This document shows, one piece after another, positions 39,491-44,617 of a stretch of DNA of 44,617 nt. Where the stretch lies: NCBI GenBank assembly GCA_051047955.1, contig JBPGPT010000061.1, positions 1 to 44,617 of the forward strand, read 5' to 3'. Position 1 is the first letter of the stretch; every line of letters begins with the position of its first letter. The stretch is from Cystobasidiomycetes sp. EMM_F5 (Eukaryota). Below the pieces are notes generated by a model. It had not been told where the DNA came from. It saw only the letters and a list, made by a program, of their open reading frames with translations, and did not search any database. The position numbers and the translations under genes are program-made.

Positions 39491-40190
39491 GGTTGCGGAG
39501 GGTCGTGGTGCAAGTTGAAACGACCGGTTTGGCGTACGCTGCCTCTGGGTGAGGGTGATCGAATTGTGGCGACGTCGACGTGACTTCGATTAATTGCTAA
39601 GAGCCATGCTGGAATCTCGTCACAAACATTCGTATGAGTACACACTGCGGAAAGGAAGAACCTCAAGTAACTGAATAGACCTTCGCAGCATAATTTCGGG
39701 TACTTTTACAGCCAACTTCATGCATGATGAACGCCTGGCCGGCTGAACGGATCAAGGCAGGGAAGCGAACTTACTAGTCTACTATATATGTGATGACCTA
39801 TGCTGTCAAATATGATGAATGAGTTGAGGAACAATGGTTATAAGCACTAATGTTGAAATGCAGCGGAAAAGCTTCTCTCAAGTACCGTTACTGATTTCTT
39901 ACTGCGTCATGGTGCGTAAAACAGCATTATATGGCTCATAAAACATACGCATTTGTTACGTTTACATCCAGTTCCGGTTCTAGCTACGCAGGTTGGGATC
40001 GGCGGACGAATCGGCCAAGCAGGAAATAAGGCGGCATGGTGATGAAATATATGCTGGCCAGGATCCTTGAACATAGCGATTTCAGTGTAATTTCGTTGCG
40101 CACTACGGTGCGCAGGCTTTTGTGTCCGAATTGCTATCGCAGCGGATTGCTTTACTAAGATATGGCGATAGAGATGAGAAAAAGTGTACC

Positions 40191-40195
40191 AAAAA
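40191..40195 (-). terminator. RNA polymerase III oligo(T) terminator of tRNA-Ile
   Basis: TTTTT on the minus strand about 20 nt past the tRNA 3' end, with a second T-run just beyond. Confidence 0.7.
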
Positions 40196-40215
40196 GTTTG
40201 AACGTTTACAACCGA

Positions 40216-40324
40216 TACCCATAACCAGGGTCGAACTGGTGGCCTCCGCGTTTCAAGTATACACGGTTGCAATGCAATCCGTTCATATAAGCACGGCACT
40301 CTAACCAAACTGAGTTATACGGGT
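40216..40324 (-). tRNA. tRNA-Ile(TAT) with a 34-nt canonical intron (40252-40285)
   Basis: Minus strand reads ACCCGTA TA ACTC AGTTTGGTTA GAGT G CCGTG CT TAT A [intron] A CGCGG AGGCC ACCAG TTCGACC CTGGT TATGGGT A. All four stems pair and a T-run terminator follows. Confidence 0.92.
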
Positions 40325-40456
40325 TCAAGAAGTCAAATCAGGCACGAAACATATAGCATACACATACGTCAGAACTGTCGCAGCTGAACAGTCGCCCTGG
40401 TGAGTCTTGCTGGCACCCCTCGCGTCTGTCCGCCGCTCATTTCGTAAGACAGCGCC

Positions 40457-41889
40457 ATGACCGCCCCACGCAACCCACCATTCAGAGCAGAACAGCTTGG
40501 GAGCTTACTGCGACCAGACGAGCTCATCAAGAAGCGTTATGAGGTTGCCGAAGGAAAGGCCGGTCTTGCCGAACTCGAGGCAATTGAAGAAAGAAGCACC
40601 GAAAATATTGTCAAGACGCTGCAAGAGTGCGGAATTCACAGTATAAACGATGGAGAGTACCACCGTCATCAGTTCTGGGGCAGATTCTTCGAAACTCTGC
40701 ACGGCATGAAGGAGATTCAGACCGGAGCAATGCAAGGATATGATGCATCCATTTTTCGCACATATGCGCCGGACGTAAAGTCTTTCCTGGAAGACAAGGC
40801 TATTCCCAATTCTGTGGGTACTGATCAGACTACATGTCATTACGATCTCATTATTTCTACTAGGTGACCGTCTGTACGGACAAAATCAGTCATCCCGGCA
40901 CGAGCAGTAATATGCCGGAATTCGAGCGTTTGAAGCGCATTGTTGGATCGGACAATTCCGATGTCATCAAGCTCACGCTCATCTCGCCTAGTTGGTATCA
41001 CTTCCGCTACGCTCCCGGCAAAGCTTTTCCAAAGAGCGTTTACAAAACGGACGAAGAATATTTCGCAGACGTCGCAAAGGCATATCAATTCGAGTTAAGC
41101 CTTTTGTATGCAAATGGACTCCGCAATGTGCAAATTGACGACCCAAACCTTGCCTGTTCGTTCAATTTCATACTAGAGCTATGATGGAGTCTGTCCTGAA
41201 CGCTTCAGTAGACTTCTGCTCCGAACAGATGCTAGAGGGATGGAAAGCAGATAAGAACAACACCAAGACAGCTGACGAAATGTTTGATGCCTATATCGCG
41301 TTTTACAACAAATGCTTCCAACGACCGGACGATATGCATCTCGGCATCCATTTGTGCAGGTAAATAACGAACATACTGCGATAGAGTACTTCTCACATCC
41401 ACTGCTACCAGAGGAAATTACATGGGCTCTCGTCATTTCAGCGAGGGCGCTTATGATCGCATCGCCAAAAAGCTTTTCCAGGACCTTAATGCAGATACCG
41501 TGAAGTGTTTCTGCTTGGGCTGAATACTCAAACCCTCTGACATTTGTTACTAGTACTACCTCGAGTACGATACTCCCCGTGCCGGTGGATTCGAGCCATT
41601 GAAATACCTTCCCCGCAACAAGAACGTAATTCTCGGCGTCATCACCTCGAAATTCCCGCAACTCGAGTCGAAAGACGAAATGATTGAAAGGGTTCGGCAA
41701 GCGGCAAAAATAATCGCTAGCGGATCTGAGGGACAAACAGAAGAAGAAGCCTTACAACGCATCAGCGTGTCGACTCAGTGTGGATTTGCATCGCATGCGG
41801 AAGGAAACTCTTTGACATTCAACGACATGAAGGCCAAATTGAAACTCGTTAGAGCCATTGCCGACGAAGTCTGGCCCGGTCAGCCTTGA
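40457..41889 (+). CDS. Single-barrel cobalamin-independent methionine synthase-like protein (UROD/MetE superfamily, YxjH-like), multi-exon
   Basis: PPFRAEQLGSLLRP, INDGEYHR, VQIDDPNLA and Zn-ligand motifs GIHLCRGNY, YYLEYD and STQCGFAS. About 400 aa with no N-terminal barrel. Confidence 0.88.
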
Positions 41890-42106
41890 ATGTACATATG
41901 CGAAATCAGCGAGTCTTTAGTCAGGGTCAAGGTGGGGGATCCGGAAAACAGGACCAGAAGGGCTACTCTAGCTCAAATATAGCATGCAGTATATGCTTGG
42001 TGTTCTTTAAGCTTTGCAAATGCAAAATCTGTCCTTTTTAGTGTTGATGTTTTGCCTTGTTGACTGTTGGTTCAGCCACAATCAGTCCTGAAGCTGCCAG
42101 GACAAT

Positions 42107-44318
42107 ATGCCCCCTCGAGGTGTGTTTCAACTTGCAGACATACGGACTTACACACACTTATAAACGTACCTGTCCAGCGAAAACGCCCACGCGCCGTGGC
42201 CGCAGCAGTTCTGCAGCACCAGCAGAGTCGGCGAAGGTGAACGGCACTGGGGCTGCTGATACAAGCGAGGTTATTGCAGATGTCGTCGATACAGCTTCTG
42301 GTCTGATGCCAGTTGAGGCCACGCCAGCGAAAGGCAAAAGCAACCGTCCGCGAGTTTCTGTCATCCCAGAAGAAGGTAGCAGTAATGGCATACCTCCGGC
42401 AACGCCGTCAACCAGAACTCTTCGAACTAGAGCAAAAACACCCACGAAGGATGAGGCGCCTGTTCCAGCTTCGACGGGAAAGCGCAGCAAGCGCGAATCG
42501 ACGCCAACAGCCGCAAAAAAGCCGCGCCTTTCTGCGCTACCAAAGCCGCCAAAAATCGGTATGAATGCTTTACCAGAGCCGTTTGGGGCTATCCGCAATT
42601 TCCCTCAATTCACATTTGATTACAAGTTGGCTCACGAGGCGGATCCAACTGCGTCTAACGGACAACCGCTGGCGCTCATGATATTCGGTACAGGAGATTT
42701 CGGTCAACTAGGCTTGGGCGTGGACTTTGCGGGAGAAGAAATTCAGCGCCCACTCCTTCACTCTTGGTTCCAAGAGAAGCTGGGCAGCAAGCAGAATGGC
42801 CAGGTTACGGAAGATCAAAGTAATGGTGCCGCAACGTCCGTCCTTGGAAAATATGGCCTTGAAGATGCTGCTTGCGGTGGCATGCACACCCTTGTCATCG
42901 ACTCTAATGGGCAGGTAAGCTGACCGACATATACTGCAGCGACATGTGCTAAACTCGACCGAGACCCGCTAGATCTGGAGCTGGGGCATTGGCGACAATG
43001 GCGTTTTAGGGCGAGTCGTCAATGATCCCTCGCAGGGCACAACGGAAGAGTTGGAGACAACACCACACCCGGTCAAAGCCTTGGTTGACGAAGACTTCCG
43101 GGCTGTACGTATTGCAGCGGGTGATTCAATATCATTGGCCATTAGTGATAAAGGAGAACTGCGGGCGTGGGGTAGTTTCCGAGTGAGTGCCACAAATGGC
43201 GATGCATGTTAGGAAGCCGACTGAAGCTGGTACTACGACAGTCAAATGAGGGCTTGCTAGGATTTGACGGAACTCCTGGCTCTCCGCAAATACAATTTTT
43301 GCCGATCAGTCTACCAGCCTTCAAGAATCATCCCGTTGTCCAGGTCGTCTGCGGGACGGATCATGTGCTCGCTCTTACTACAGACGGACATGTTTTCTCA
43401 CATGGCAATGGTCAACAAAGTCAGCTTGGACGGTCAGTCACAGTCCGACTGCTCATCTGCCCTTGCACGCTGACGCAGTTCGTATTTAGTAAAATAATCG
43501 AGCGGAGAAAAATAAACGGCCTTACCCCAGAAAGACTCGCTTTGAAGAACATTGTCCTTGTCGGTACCGGTGCCTATCATTCTTTTGCTGTCGACAAGAA
43601 GGGAACGGTGTACGCTTGGGGTCTGAATTCGTGCAGGCAGACTGGCATCGCAGATAAGGATGGCGGTATGGAATCTATCATCCACACTCCGACACCAGTG
43701 GCGGCACTAGAACCCAAGTTACATAACGGTGCAAAAGTCGTAGCAATCGCAGCGGGTGAACATTACACGCTGTTTCTGTTTGAAAATGGCGAAGTATACA
43801 GCTGCGGAAGCTGCACCGAACATCAGACTGGTCTTGGACCTGATCACCCCTTGATGGAGGCTTTGAAAGAGGAAGGAGCTAAAGTCAAGAAGCAGCAACT
43901 CGAATTTCGACAAGCGGAGGAGCCCAAGCTCATTGAAACTGGCCAGACGGCCGACGAAGCTATGGTCAACGCTCTGGAAGCGGCAACCAAAAAATTCCCG
44001 TCCCCATTGCTATGCATCGAAGAGCCGACTTTGATTGCTTTCCCAGCTTCCGATCTTATTACCGGACAGGCAACAAAGATAGTTCGTATAGCGTGTGGCA
44101 CGCGTCATTCGATGGCAGTCTCATCGACTGGCGAGGTGTACGGGTGGGGCTACGCGAATCAGCACCAGCTCGGGCTGGGCGATGATGATGAAGAATTTCC
44201 AGCACCCAAACGGATACGATCCAAAGATCTCAAGGCATATCGCGTGCTGCTGGCCAGTACAGGCGGACAGCATTCCCTCCTCCTCGCTTCGCACATTGAG
44301 GACGGAATTAAGGCCTGA
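42107..44318 (+). CDS. RCC1 (Prp20/Pim1-like) Ran GEF, multi-exon
   Basis: Basic N-terminal tail MPPRAKTPTRR, then RCC1 repeats: IFGTGDFGQLGLG, ACGGMHTLVID, WSWGIGDNGVLGR, IAAGDSISLA, WGSFR, VCGTDHVLALT, GNGQQSQLGR, ACGTRHSMAV and STGGQHSL. Confidence 0.92.
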
Positions 44319-44474
44319 GTACAAGATCGACAATTTTCAAGCCAAACTTGACGACTATACGTGCGTCCCTTCTTGCGTTTTGTATCTGCTATTAAGTATA
44401 ACAGGGACGGGGATGTTGTGGGTAGTATGGATGTCCGAGGCGATTGCGAGGGACTCCATCGCGCATCACGTGTG

Positions 44475-44606
44475 AGCCTTTGGTGATATGACTGCTGATA
44501 GCAATGACAGACGGAGATTCGAACTCCGGTGTCCGGATAACCAAGCGACTGCTTGTCATATTACGAGATATGAGACCGATATACTAACCAACTATATGAC
44601 AAAGGC
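44475..44606 (-). tRNA. tRNA-Met(CAT), elongator-type, with a canonical 30-nt intron (44539-44568) and an extra 29-nt insertion (44483-44511) between T-arm and acceptor stem
   Basis: Minus strand reads GCCTTTG TC ATAT AGTTGGTTA GTAT A TCGGT CT CAT A [30 nt] A TCCGG ACAC CGGAG TTCGAAT CTCCG [29 nt] CAAAGGC T. It has the T31:T39 pair seen in elongator Met tRNAs and intact A and B boxes. Confidence 0.75.
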
Positions 44607-44617
44607 CTCCTTGGGAC

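Noticed and set aside
40039..40090. Resemblance to U14 snoRNA 5' end, and to U5 loop 1 at ~40146-40160
   Set aside because: The U14 domain A and B 18S-antisense elements and the exact U5 GCCTTTTAC loop are not present.
44491..44512. Spliceosomal reading of the tRNA-Met insert (GTCTGT...CAG)
   Set aside because: Far too short, and removing it does not restore the cloverleaf.
1..44617. CRISPR arrays, transposons or prokaryotic-type systems
   Set aside because: No repeat-spacer arrays, terminal repeats, or transposase/reverse-transcriptase motifs were seen.

Overview
Compact, intron-rich eukaryotic DNA from a fungus, most likely a basidiomycete yeast (inferred from short GT-AG introns with CTRAY-type branch sites and from the protein families). 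It holds about 15 protein-coding genes: an MCT-type MFS transporter with an apparent frameshift, an RFX transcription factor, Tra1/TRRAP, a PHAF1/UPF0183-like protein, a RhoGAP, an HMT1-type ABC half-transporter, an Apq12-like membrane protein, prohibitin-2, a small secreted Cys protein, a DUF4436-like membrane protein, Tom20, Vps74, Yju2, a single-barrel MetE-like enzyme and RCC1. There are also two minus-strand intron-containing tRNA genes. The most unusual element is the tRNA-Met(CAT) gene at the right end: besides a canonical 37/38 intron it has a 29-nt insertion between the T-arm and the 3' acceptor strand, either a non-canonical second intron or a lesion. Two unexplained intergenic stretches (35.6-36.7 kb and 39.5-40.2 kb) show hints of non-coding RNA. 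Gene models were spliced by eye and family calls come from recognised motifs, not database searches.
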